From: Eutreptiella sp. 'Long Island Sound 2002'
Taxonomy: Eukaryota; Protista; Euglenida
DNA: 64,000 nucleotides
Direction: 5' to 3'
Assembly (NCBI GenBank): GCA_964036045.1
Contig: OZ038378.1
Span: 28,086,001 to 28,150,000, forward strand
In this document: positions 1 to 12,100 of the stretch, piece by piece
Numbering within the stretch: the stretch's first letter is position 1
How the letters are laid out: each line of letters begins with the position of its first letter
Notes under the pieces: model-generated
The model's input: only the letters and a program-made list of their open reading frames with translations
Told to the model about the DNA's origin: nothing
Databases searched by the model: none
Made by a program: the position numbers and the translations under genes

Positions 1-131
1 CCCTTCGCTGCCGCCTGACGATCTGGGAAGGAGTCCATCAAAATCAGCAACTCCACCACCCCGTGCAAAGCCGCACGCCCCCCAGACTACACAACGGTCT
101 CGGGAGGCTGGCAAGCAGCTCGCTGCCACCG
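1..131 (+). CDS. Internal exon (5' partial) of an unknown Pro/Ser-rich host gene
   Basis: The frame starting at position 2 is open (PSLPPDDLGRSPSKSATPPPRAKPHAPQTTQRSREAGKQLAAT-G) and ends at a G|GTAAG donor (132). Its phase 1 matches the acceptor at 6903. Confidence 0.45.
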
Positions 132-1999
132 GTAAGACCTTGAAGGGTGGGCTGAGTTCGGTAAGTTCGGAAGATTGGAAGGAAGTTATTGAAGGGGCTG
201 TTCGGGGCCGTTACCGGGGTAAACACCGTAATAACTGGCGCTGTGCGAAAACGCCCCCCATATCTTACTGGTACAGCTGAAGTGCTAGCGGACGGCGAGC
301 ACCAAACCTTCGAACATGTGCCCATCTCTCTGCCGCGATCTCCAGCCCTTTTGGCACACACACAGCTTCAAACAAACCACATTCAAAAAGTCTTGCGGGA
401 ATGGGTTTTCAGTCTCTCGCGTTAATCCACAAAGCGAGGTGCTTTCGTTCCTAAATCGACTGTTGCGGCCACTAGATGGAGACATCATGAAGACTAAGAA
501 CAAAACATTCGTTGATAATGTGGCAAATCCGGTGCGAGACATTTTGCTTGCACATTTGAAAAAGCCTTGGGCGGATTGCCATCATGGGTGACATCTCCCA
601 CCTTTGCTATCATGGTCCCGGATGCCGCAGAACAAATGTCAAACCCACTCAGAGGACCTAAGAATTTCTCAGAACATGTAGGCTGGGCAGGCGTTGCACG
701 AAGTTAGAATCCATGGAATTTGACTGGACCTGAATTTCATGGAGGAATGCCAGCTAAAATAGATCATCGGTAGTCTTCAAGCGAACCACAAAATTCATGA
801 CAATGTTCCACACCGTTTCAAGCGTGGCTAGTGAGATGATCCTTTTATGGCGGGTGGCACATTTTAAATGCGGAAGAGCTATGGCATGTGCGATCCATGC
901 CAACAACAAGACACATAAATTATGGTGGTCCGACAAATCGCCATTGATCTTGGGAGGTATAAATTTTGGTAGCTCGATAAGTTGACCAAGAATTTCCTTC
1001 ATACCTGTGTCACCACATGAAAATACCGTCTCTCTACAGTCATACCAACATGTTCAGTCTAATTGCACTAAGCTACATAAACAGGTGGAAGAGCGGATCC
1101 AACAGACCGCTTAGCTTGAGCGGGATATACAGGTGTGGAAAAACAAGGCTCAGGCAGTCCCACAAAATACGGTGGCTCCCTTCGCATCGTTAGCGTCCCA
1201 CATCCCTTCTTTCATACAATTGCACAAAAAGATCCAATAATGGAAGGGACCCCCCCCCCCCCGACAAGGTTCTGTCTTTTTTGGATCTACCTTTGCCACC
1301 GCATGTCACTCTGTTACCCCCTCAACATAAACACTATCTGGGACTTTTGCCCATCACGATTACATATTTTGTGACCACATGCACATACAGCTCTTTTCAA
1401 CCAGTTCTTGAAATTGTGGATTGTGAGAAATCACAATCAGACACCACAGTGAATTTACTCAATTTTCTCCTGGAGTCCCCTACTAAGAACACACCGCATC
1501 GGCGTCCGAAAAGCATAGAACAAGCCCTAAACTCGGTTGGCGTCTCGGCTGCCCCCGTTACCACTAAGTGCCAAATAGTTCCTCATTCATCCTTTCTCAA
1601 CCGTTTGTTGATATGGGTAAATGATGAGGCGTCACACTAAGCAAACAAGCAAGCAAAAAAAAACTGCACATGCATTTATGCACGCATGGCATACATATCG
1701 CAGGCATGCCGTATGTAGATCTCCATGCCCAATGGAGTGCTTTGGAAGCAGCGACTCTGTCTTCTCAGGCAGTTCTTACCCTATCACAATTTTTGGACAC
1801 AGAACTAGAAGCCAACCCATCACTAACAATATGCCTCAAACATACTCACCACCCTCTAATGTGCCTCAATCCTCCCCGAGTTCCGCCGAGCAAGCGAATG
1901 ACTCAGGGAAATTCCCAGTCAGGATTTTGGTAAGTTGGACGTCCTATGACAACCCCCCTCAAAACACCCATTACGGCCCGTACGGTGGCGGATAAACTG

Positions 2000-4202
2000 G
2001 GAACAAGCCACGAAGCAGCCTTGGTAACCTTGGGTACCAAGCAAGGCTTTTCAAACACCCTTCCCAGCGCCAGAGTCCAAGTCGGATGGGAAAAAACGTG
2101 ACAAGAAGCGTGAGAGATTGATTGGTTCACGTAGCTCATTGAGCAGTATAGACTGAGAGTATTGGGGATCACGTCATCACAAGGACAAAGCCAAAAAAAC
2201 ATGACTCGCGTAAGACATGCGAGTCTCAATCTAAGTCCAGATCCAGGAGTTCCAAATGGTCTCGATCCCTAGTGCGTGCTCATGCACAACACACAAGCAT
2301 CCTACAACCCGGTGCCGTGCCTACACTACAAGCAGGACAACCCTCCCCGCCGATGATGGGTGTACAACACCACACGTATGGAACTCATCAAGCGGTGCAC
2401 ACACCACACCATGTACCGACCCGGCAGCATCACACAGACATTGGAAAAGGAGGATAGTGGGAACGACTGTGGCGGTAGTAAACACGGTAATGTACCAGAG
2501 AAACACACTCTAGCACCGGAGTTACCAGTGACCACAACTTTACGGTTTTTGCAGCAACTCCCAGTCACACATACCACACATCAATGGGGTTTTCAGTGGG
2601 ACCAGTCATCCTGTTATGGGTATCACGAAACGCCTTTGGAATTGCTTCCCTTTCAATGCGTTCAGTCTAGGCTTACTCACATGTGTTACATGAAGAAAAA
2701 TTTAGGAGTGGCCTCGCGTTTGCAACGAGGCTGTGGGGATTTTGTTTGGGAGAGCATAAAAATCCCCCATGAAGATGGAGGTGATATCTTCCCCATGATA
2801 CCACCGGAGATACATCCGAGCTAATCTGTCCAGATGCTCGTGCGTTAGGATGCGCAAGAACCGATGTTCTAGATGATCATGAAAGGGCGTGGAATGTGGG
2901 TTGTCCCGAAGCACCTGTCTAAGAATGCGCCCATTGAGGTCAAAATGTGGCAAAGTGACTGGCTGCCAAGAAAGATACTTTTGTATGTCTCACCGACATG
3001 CAAAAAAGGAGGTGACAAATGCTGTTGTCAGAACTGGTCCCATACCAATGACCCCGAGGAATTCCACTGAGGGAGATACCCCAGAAACACATGTGGTTTC
3101 TATCCGTACGGTTTGTGTATTGCGAAAATTCGACGATATAGAGGGTGCCAGGGTGCATCTTTCCTTGCTTGAGCTTGCGGTTGTTGTGATGTTCTATGTA
3201 TACCAGATCCCAGGCTTTCCGAAGTTTTTGTTTGAGCTAATTGTACGTTTTGAGGGTTCCGTGCTGCCACCACCAATCTGGGTGGGCTCGCAGAATAGTG
3301 GTAATACAATGTTGTACTGAGGTCACCAACGTAGGTGTGGAAGTGGAGTCCAAAGGTTCCCCAAAAGTGGAAATTGCCGCCTGTACAACCATATTCGAAA
3401 AATGCCGGTAGTATGCATCCAAAGTATCCGGTGCTTGTGCTTTTGAAAGATCGGAGAAGAGTGCCTGATACTTCTGTACATACTGAGAGGGAATGACCCT
3501 GGGTGCCGGTATCCAGCCCCGAGTATGGATTGCAACAGGTGCTTCCATGGCTTGAATGTTCCTTAGCTGCAGGCAAATGGGGAAATGATGTGAAGGAAAA
3601 ACTGACTCGGTATGAGTGGTGACACCAGCAGATTGCTGATCCAACGGACTAATTAAAAAGTTATCCGGAGATCCAAAATACCCCTGTGGGGATATCCCAG
3701 TTGGACCCGGGTTGACTTTTGGTACCACCCGAATGGACATGTTTTCAAAACTGTCCAAAACGTACGCACTGACGGCCGAACTCGCCAAAGGGAAAATCAA
3801 ATCCCAACCACCATTGTCATTGAAATCGCCTCCAAAAATTTGAAAGAAGGCTAATATCTGCAGGAAGGGATGTGTCCACACCATAGTGAGCAGAATTTCA
3901 TGTGACTCAGCACCAGACTTAAAGTATACATTACACGATTGGATACAGTGTTCCATATAGAGCAATTGAAGTATAAAGTATACATTACACAATGGGATAC
4001 AGTGTTCCATATAGAGCAACTGAAGTATAAGCGCTCGATGGTATGGGGAGTAATGTTCCTCCAGCAAACGAAGTTGTGGAGCTCTGCGAAGGAGTATCGC
4101 AACTCTGCTGGACCCTGTAGCTACTCGAGTGTAGTACGCTGCATAGAGGGGGTGAAAAACAAATTTGTCAAGCAGTTTGCCTATTTCTTGTAGGAATACC
4201 AC
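2000..4202 (-). mobile_element. Degenerate non-LTR retrotransposon (APE endonuclease plus RT remnants) inside a host intron
   Basis: ORF 3237-4202 carries APE-type motifs GGDFN, DNFLIS and SHHFPI. Downstream fragments (2250-2953) resemble LINE RT regions (STPFHDHLEHRFL ~ APGPDG; FYALPNK ~ LIPK; CGVVHPSS ~ GVRQGCPLS) with many stops. Boundaries approximate. Confidence 0.6.
3921..4028. repeat. 54-bp tandem duplication (2 copies, in frame)
   Basis: aaagtatacattacac...gaagtat starts at 3921 and again at 3975, giving LQLLYMEHCI..CNVYF twice in the minus-strand ORF. Confidence 0.9.
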
Positions 4203-6902
4203 TGGCGGGTATGAGTAATGACGCAGGAGACATTGTAAAGGTCAATGACGAGAGTTCACATTCACCTGCACATTCAAAGATAAAACCAAAAGGCGGGTTT
4301 TTCTTCATGAGTACTAACACTGGACTGAGCACAAGTGTGCCTTGGGTGATTACTGATCATAACCTTTTCAAACATCATTTTGATGCGCCGAGGAATGCGC
4401 CATGTGTTACCCAACATCTTTTTAATGGTGTGATGTTTGAATGCTGCAAAGAGCAAGACTTGGCTTGTACGCGTTATCATGCGGATATGCACTGTGTGTC
4501 TGGTATACCATTGCTTTGGCAAAATCATACCTTGTCTGGGTGAGATGACATGTGGTCCGCAAACAGGTGTGCGGTTGTTACCCAACACACCGGCAGATCC
4601 CACCAACTCATAGACATGAATAACTTTTGCCCACTGACAGGGGACACTACAGTCGGGAAAATTTTCTTACACCAATTTTGTGCACTTCCGGTGTTATCCC
4701 GCTGTTACAATTTACTGTGTATGGAGGATCATCTTCAGTGGATGTCCTTCGCGTTGTTCATGATCATGTGTTGGACGGGTGGTTTCATAGAATCGGTGCA
4801 TTTGTGATGTTAGATGATGTGCGGCACGCTTTGGTTCCGTTTAACATGAGACACTGCAAAACCTGTTGACCATTTTGGTATTGTCATCACAATTAATACG
4901 AATACTCCTCTCAGCAGCGACCGGTTCCGTCCTGCATATGGGTGGTACCGCTGGAGTAGTGCCGCTAGAGCTTTCATGTCTGTCCCACGGGCTCATGGGG
5001 TTCGTCTACCGTGCGTGCGGCAGAGCATACTGGTGCTAAGCACATGTCACTGGTCAAACTCTTGAGATCCCTCATCATGACAGTTCACAGGATGCATCAA
5101 TCGTCATTTCATCTTCAGTGTCCGTCGTACCAAGAATACTAGTGCACCGGCATTGTCGGCAATATGTCTTTGCTTACAATTATGAATCCTAACAGGGTAC
5201 CGAAGAGTGCTTGGGTGATGTCTACAAATGGAGAACTCCTATGGCCTCATCCCGTTCTTCTGTACCTCATTAGTCAGCGACATGGTGTCCATGTAGTCGT
5301 TCAGTCCTCATTCCGTCTCACTCTTACTCCCAGTGAACTGTCACCTATTTTGTATTGGTATCGTAATGATTTCAAGGTCTGTATGGCCTGCTTCAGAGTG
5401 TGGATGTCCTTCTTTATTGCTAATGGACACCCCTACATTGGTGGAGGACAAGGGCATTTTTGAGGGTACCCGAATTTGGGCCATGAAATATGGATATGAA
5501 GAGCATGAGCGGTATCTCACATGCATAAGTCAGGGGTCTAGTAGAGATTGGTTCCACAAAAGCAGGGTTTTGCAAGCAGTTCTACAGGTGACCTTGGAGA
5601 CTTTGGGACTACCGGTGTCCATGCACTACAAACACTATCGGTTGTCCGTCACATCTCGAAGTATTTGGTAAAGATTTGTGGCAGAGATTTGCATGTGCTT
5701 TGTCTCTAGTACCTGATGATGCGAAAAGTTTCTGTTACCGGACGACCGGAGGACGGGTAGTTGGGACACCTCTAGTGTGAAACGACCCCCCTTCTCTTCC
5801 CTGTCTACGCCCAAGATACGGACGGTCATGCGGGTGGGTGAGCGGTCACGTACTCACTGCTCGTCTCCGCATTGGGTCTTTGCAACTGCAACAGTGGGTC
5901 CATGCAACTGCAACAGTCCCACAGAGTAAGTGATGGGCGGAGCACTGAGGGTCCGTCCAACTAGCGTCACGTGACCCTGTTGGGCTGGGTGAACGGGCAA
6001 TCCTGAGTCACCGATCCTCCTCCTCCTCCTCCCACCCCTCTCAAAATGGCCAAAATGTTTGGAAGGTCCGGACCACATTGGGTCCCAATTTGGCAGCGAA
6101 GGAAATTTTGTTTCAGCATATGGTGGCATTTTGTCCCTCTGAAGGATAGTGGTGGTGGTGGGGGGTGGGGGCGGGCTGAGGTCCCGGGTACCCCAACATA
6201 AATCCCTCAAAGTGATCCCCTCGTCGCGCTGATCATTTTGAACACACATCTGTGGGGTTTTTGAAAAAAAATTACCCCCTGGGAGGGTGTGGTCCCAGTA
6301 GCCAGGTTTGGCGGGGCTGGATGGGGGAGGTCAGGGGTCAGAAAAAATTTTGCATACATATTTGGATTCCCCATGGAATTCTGAGCATTTTGGGGGCCGC
6401 CCCTGGGGTCGGGGCTGCCCGCTTTGCAGCAGGCTGCGGCGTCGTCCACATCTGTCAGACGAGTCTGACAGATTAAGATGGAGCTGGGTCCTATGGAGTG
6501 GCGCACTGGACGAAGCTGTGTCCTCTTCAGTACTCAGTACCGTATTCAGTGACCAGTGCGGGAATCACAGAGTAGGACTCGTAGTACGGGCCTGACCCTT
6601 TCCAAAATACCCTTCCACCACCGGATGCTAGTGGCACACCCACCCACGACTTGCCGCTGCCGTTCGAATGATAGCCACTCGAATCGTGCATACCTCAGGG
6701 CGAGGGAGGGTCGCGCGCGACCTGAGCGACGAGCGTCGCGCTGAGGCACGAACTTCTGAACTGGACGTGAGGCCCCAAGGGCCGCCTTGCTCGGCAATCT
6801 CATCCGCATGTGCAATGCGGCGTAGAACATCGACGGCACAGTCCCTTCTGCGACGCAGTTGTCAGCAGGGCGCTCCATGACCTTGACATTGTGTGTCCAC
6901 AG

Positions 6903-7162
6903 GCGTGTCTGGGAGCCCACAGAGGCCTACCCCAGAGCCCGTGGCTGCAAAGGTGCCCAAGCACCCGCGGGAAGGACTGACAGCGAAGCAGCCAGAGCCA
7001 TACGGCAGGGCATCGACTGCGGAGGCTGCGTTTGAGGACGATCTGCCCTTCAACCCATTCGCGCGCGATGAGGCCGCCGAGAAAGCCCGGAAGCGCCGCA
7101 TCGCGCTGGATATTGAGAAGGAGAATCTGCAGCGCAGCGCCCAGAAGCAGATGGAGCTGCAG
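6903..7162 (+). CDS. Exon of unknown host gene (Pro-rich then charged, coiled-coil-like)
   Basis: ccacag| acceptor at 6902 and CAG|GTACAT donor at 7163. Reads GVSGSPQRPTPEP...EAAEKARKRRIALDIEKENLQRSAQKQMELQ. Phase 0 joins the exon at 8924. Confidence 0.6.
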
Positions 7163-8923
7163 GTACATCACTGTCCTCAGTGGCGGGGTGTTCCATCGCA
7201 GAGTACAGCTGGTGTCCAGTGTCGCATGCCTTGCGCCTTGGTTTTGTTGGTCGAGGTCACTTCTGGGGCGTGTGTGCGGGGGGGTATGGGGGGGGGGGGG
7301 TTGGAAGTGAAGTAGCGCGGGGAAGTAGAGGCAAGCATGGCAGTACCGATTGATGGATGAGGTGATAGGCGGCCACAGGGGCGGGGATCCTGCAGTTTGC
7401 AAATGCCAAGAGGTAATCTGAAGGAAGGAGACTGCACGTCCCCTCCCCAACAGCGCTCATACCACTGCGTTTATCGGTGCAGACCCCCCCCTTTGGCCCT
7501 TTGTTACCATTCCCATGTCAGAAAGCACCCCCAAATCTTGGGAATGTCTGCAGGTGAACGCTGCCGGCGCCGGCAGTGCAGTGGACGCGTGTGCGGCGAG
7601 GGGCGAGTGTCCCACTCTCACGCAACACAATGTGTTTCCCCACCCCCACCGTCTGGAAAAAAACAATGTACGCAATTTCCCCTCCAAAACCTTAACAATC
7701 GCGCACATTTGGAAGTCCCAACCGGCATACTTACGGAGTCTGCATGGCAAACCTCCCCTGATTATGGTGCCGCCCAGCGCTGTGAGGTGGGGTGGGGTGA
7801 GGTGCAGTTGCCTCAGCGATCTTTGGGGGCCAGCGTCACGTCATCTGTATCCCTCGCAGCGTCCCTTCCGGGTCACTGACGCCGTCACGCCCGGGACAGC
7901 CATGTGTTCCTGATGACGGGTTTTGAGCCGGGACCCCTGGTTCAGGCATCAGGTGCATGACGGCGGCACTAGGCGACCTCTTGGCACAGTGCACAGGGGT
8001 GACTCTTCAAATGTGCACGGTGGGCGGGGCGTTCATCGGACTTCCGCCAGGGTTCATGAGACCGGACTTCAAAAGTCCACCGGAACACCTCCGGTGGTGA
8101 CCCGGTTCCAAAAATTCAGAAATAGTGCAAATGGCGCTTTTGGCGCCAGTGCGACATGGGGCCCGTGAAAAGTCATCATTGGCCGTGTATTCCGTGGAAA
8201 GGCCATCTTTGTCGAGACCCGCTTGTTTTCGACCACACCAAGGAAATAATCATTCGTGCCTGCAGCCTGGAATCCTGTATGGACTGATCATGGCCCTGTC
8301 AATTGAGCCCCCGGCCCGACGCCAGCACCACTTTTCAGGAGCCCTATTGACCCCCTTGACCCTCCCCCCCCCCCCCCGAGACATACGCTTGACCCCCTCA
8401 CATACCTCGTTCGGCCCCAACCCCTTCTGATCGCCCTCAACGGCCCACTTGTAACGGCCAGACACCCCCGTCCCTGCCACGTTTGTTGAAAACCCCCTTC
8501 AGCCTCCTGCCCCCTCGGGCGCATCATTGCCCATCCCCCGCCTGCAATTGAAACGAGAAAAGAGCACTGGAGATCGGCCCACACACCACGCCACCAGTCA
8601 TTTGAATGTATGGGCGGCTTCAGTTGTGCTGGAGGGGCTGCATGTTCGTTTGGGCTCGGACGGACAGCCGTTCGGTGGGCCCAACCTCCAGATGGCGGTT
8701 CGGCCGGCCAACACCCAGCGATTCCCGCCACCGCCTGCCCACCCTCCTTTCTCCCATGTCTTCCGCGTGGGTACATGTGTGTCCCCATGTTCTGGATGAT
8801 AGTGGGGGGATGAGTCTATAAAGTACAGCACTCCCGCATGCGCCTGCTGACACATCACCAACACCTTCACCGCACCGCACCTCACCGACCACTGTCCTGC
8901 ACATGTGTGCCTTTGCCTTGCAG

Positions 8924-9307
8924 GAGGCGCGGAAGCGGGAGCGGGAGCGGATGCTGGCGCAGCTGTGCCAGAACGTCCAGAAGGATCCTCTTGGCCTGCC
9001 GGGGCGGACCAAGCCCGCCTGGCAAGAGGCGCCCGGAGGCGCGGACGCAGAGCAGCAGTCCTTGGGAGGAGGGGTTGGGGGCACAGTGTTCGGGGGAGTG
9101 GGGGAGTCGGCCCCCGCTGCTTCGCGCGGAACATGGGAACTCGGAATGGGCAGGGTTTTGGGAGGAGAGGGGACGGACGCAGAGCCCGCAGGACTGCAGG
9201 ATAGCCCTGAGGACGAGGATGTGGGGGGCGAGGGCAGCCCCCTGGACGTGGGGTACGACCGTCAGGCCTGGATTCAGAGCATCACATTGCCACAGTACCG
9301 ACATTGA
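8924..9307 (+). CDS. Terminal exon of unknown host gene
   Basis: Pyrimidine-rich cctttgccttgcag| acceptor. The in-phase join gives MELQ|EARKRERERMLAQLCQ... and ends at TGA 9305-9307. Confidence 0.6.
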   Translation, partial: EARKRERERMLAQLCQNVQKDPLGLPGRTKPAWQEAPGGADAEQQSLGGGVGGTVFGGVGESAPAASRGTWELGMGRVLGGEGTDAEPAGLQDSPEDEDVGGEGSPLDVGYDRQAWIQSITLPQYRH

Positions 9308-9486
9308 ACCGTCTCACTCCGCTGGCCGTGGCCCAGGCTGCAGCCTGCAGACTGCGGCAGACCTCTACCCCTGACCCACCCGCAAGGCCCGATAAGAAGC
9401 TCAGGCCTCTGTTCCCATAGTGACGCTGGGAAGTTCACTGTGCAAGCGTCTTCCTGGCACGTTTCGTTTCGCCCCATGTGCGTGCG

Positions 9487-9490
<4 letters not shown>

Positions 9491-9530
<40 letters not shown>
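9491..9530. repeat. (CT)20 microsatellite
   Basis: Read directly from sequence. Confidence 0.95.
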
Positions 9531-9533
<3 letters not shown>

Positions 9534-9818
9534 ATTTTGCCAGACTTTAATTGTTGGGAAAGCAATTCGGTGCAGCTTGAGGGTGCATTGCAGCCGAATC
9601 GGGCTGATGATGCGGTTTAGCGTTGGCAAATGCATGGATTGTGGTGTGGTGTTGTTTTGGGGGGGCTTTCGGTCACGTCGCGTGCCCCTTCAGGGTCGCA
9701 GAGGGGCCAGTGGCATGGCAGCGCGTTCGTGTGAAACAGCGCTGTGTACTCGGCACAACACAATTTTCCCATCATGGTTGAGCGGGGGGGGAGGCAGTAG
9801 GTCGCCAACCACACTACA

Positions 9819-9822
<4 letters not shown>

Positions 9823-9868
<46 letters not shown>

Positions 9869-9890
9869 CACAGCACAGCACAGCACACAC
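9823..9890. repeat. (AC)n followed by (CAGCA)n compound microsatellite
   Basis: Read directly from sequence. Confidence 0.9.
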
Positions 9891-10739
9891 CAACTCTCTA
9901 CTTCTGGGCACGTTGACTTTCTTGCGACGCGTGGTCAGGCACGCAGCACCCTGCGTTTGTGATCAGCGCGTAGGATCAGCATGGTGGCGGCACTTGTGTA
10001 CCACTGCCGGAGCATGTGCTCACACACCGCGAGGAGGTGGAGGACCATGTAGCCGTTCCACCACCTCATGACATCATAAGACTGGAATCGGTGGTGAAGG
10101 GTGGTGCCGCACAGCGACGTGTGATATATCAACACATCATTGCCCGAGAACAGCCAGCATCGCCTGAGGAGTGCTTTGAGCCCAGGGGGATTACTGAATT
10201 CTGGCCCATCAGATCCCATGAGCCTTGCCAGCTGACGTCCTCCCGCTCACGCATGCATCAATGCATCAAATGCACCGCAGCACCGGAGTCTCACAAGACC
10301 CTGACTTGCCCACAGGAAGCCGCCTGCTGGCTGGCCTGAGGGCCTTTGGCTTTCGACCCAAACGCAGGGTGACAGCGCTCACTAGGGTCACCGTCTGCCC
10401 AGGGGTGGACAGCTGGTTCCTGTGCTCCGTCCCTCACCCATTAGACGGCACAGCCCCAAGCGCTTTCCCCTTCTGGTAAAGGGGTGAGCACCATCCACCT
10501 CCCCTCTCCGTGCCGCTGTGCTCGTGTACTGAGATGAGCATGTTCTGGGTGCCAAGAGAGTGCACATGCAGTGTGGCATGCTACGTTGCCAAAGATGCAA
10601 TTTCTTGCGTGGTGCAAGGCTGCGCGGAAGGAAACCCATTCAAGTAGGATGGGGTTGTGCTGCAGGTGTGATATGAGGGTGCAGTGCAGCCTCGTTTGAG
10701 GGAGGGATGCATTTCAGTGTGCTGTGTTCGTGTTGTAAG

Positions 10740-12100
10740 CTGCTATGAGGCGTGTGAGTTGAAGAGGGCACGAGTCTGCAAGGTGGCGCAGTCTATTGTG
10801 ACGGTTGTATGTTGTGAATTTTTGTCTGAGAGGACATAGGGCTGTGCCCGGAGAACTAGATTTCTCTTTGCTTTTTTAACTAGAGTGCTGACATTCAGCA
10901 GATTTGCCGTTATTGCCGCTTGATCGGCAGTAGCTGATGATTTCGCGACAGCGTGGCTGGTCGACAGGTGCTTCGTGAGATTCAGGCGAACCAATACCTT
11001 TTCTTCTCATTCAGGGGGGTCATGGCGGTAATACAGCGTAGAGTGATGAGGCAGTGCCACCTCAAGTGGACCGGTGGTGCAGTGTATCATGGGGTGTTGT
11101 GAGGGAATGAAAAGCACTTGATATTCTTTCACACAAGTTCAACGAGATTAGATGGTGTCGCAATCGTACGTTTGGCTTTGGTACTGTGTGGTTCAAGTAG
11201 TTGCTGGGTTGAACACCCTCAACATATAGGTGCGGAATTGTAGCTGTATTTTGGTGCACGCACCTGGACGTAGAACAAGCTCCTCCTTATTCTTTTGCCG
11301 AGACAGTACCAGGGCTGGATTGATGTTAGCCATCCGCTCCCATTGCTCCTTTGTCCTCCACCCCATGCCTGCACCCCATGGCCATTTCTTCGGCAGCTCT
11401 TTGGGCTGCTTCAGGAAGGCCGTACCCAGAAACAGCAAGGGAATATGTCATGATTTTTTGATACACATACATAGTCAATGGGTGTCTTCTGCTGCTGCCG
11501 CACGCCCACCTCTCAATGTCATCACAGCTTTTCTGGTGGGGCTCAGGTAATCATCATTTGCTGGCGCAGGGTTGTGGGCTGCCATTGCTGCCTTAACAAG
11601 GGGGCGGGCTTAGAGTGGAGATGTCCGGTGTGCCGCTGCCTTTCCCACGGACCACGGTGTCCCTGAGTCGTTACATGTCCTGATATTTCTTCCAACGCAT
11701 GAAAACGAAAGCGGAAGACTGCCTTCACTCCACGGTGGCGAACGATGCGGTGGCACCTCTACTGACTTGCCGCCAGGTTTTCGCCCGGCACACAGAGGAA
11801 GTGTCAATGATAGGTGGCACTCATCAGCGGTCCTCATTGTTGCAACAACCAGATCTTGAAGAGCATCCGTTCCGAGTAGCCGTTGGCGAACAGAAAAAAA
11901 CAAGGCCCCCCTGCGGGTGTAGCAATTTCTTCAACTCGACAACAACTGATGGCGGCAAGCGGAGGCTGCAGTTCATGTGCGAACGCAAGACACAGAGAAC
12001 ATCCAACCAACGATCAATCTCCTGATGGAGTAGTCTGCTGGCATTTCAGAGAGACCCAGTACCGTGCACGGGAAGTGTGGCACGGCCCCTTCCAGCCGGA
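10740..12100 (-). mobile_element. Highly degenerate retroelement remnant with possible RNase H traces
   Basis: Broken motifs TRNGCSSRSG (~TDGS..G.G) and ISGHVTTQG (~VPSHVG..GN). No long ORF. Confidence 0.25.

Noticed and set aside
6699-6766. Additional small exon of the upstream host gene
   Set aside because: It would end in phase 0, which is incompatible with the phase-1 acceptor at 6903.
7431-7808. MITE with actgcac...gtgcagt ends
   Set aside because: The inverted similarity is short and gapped, and no TSD is visible.
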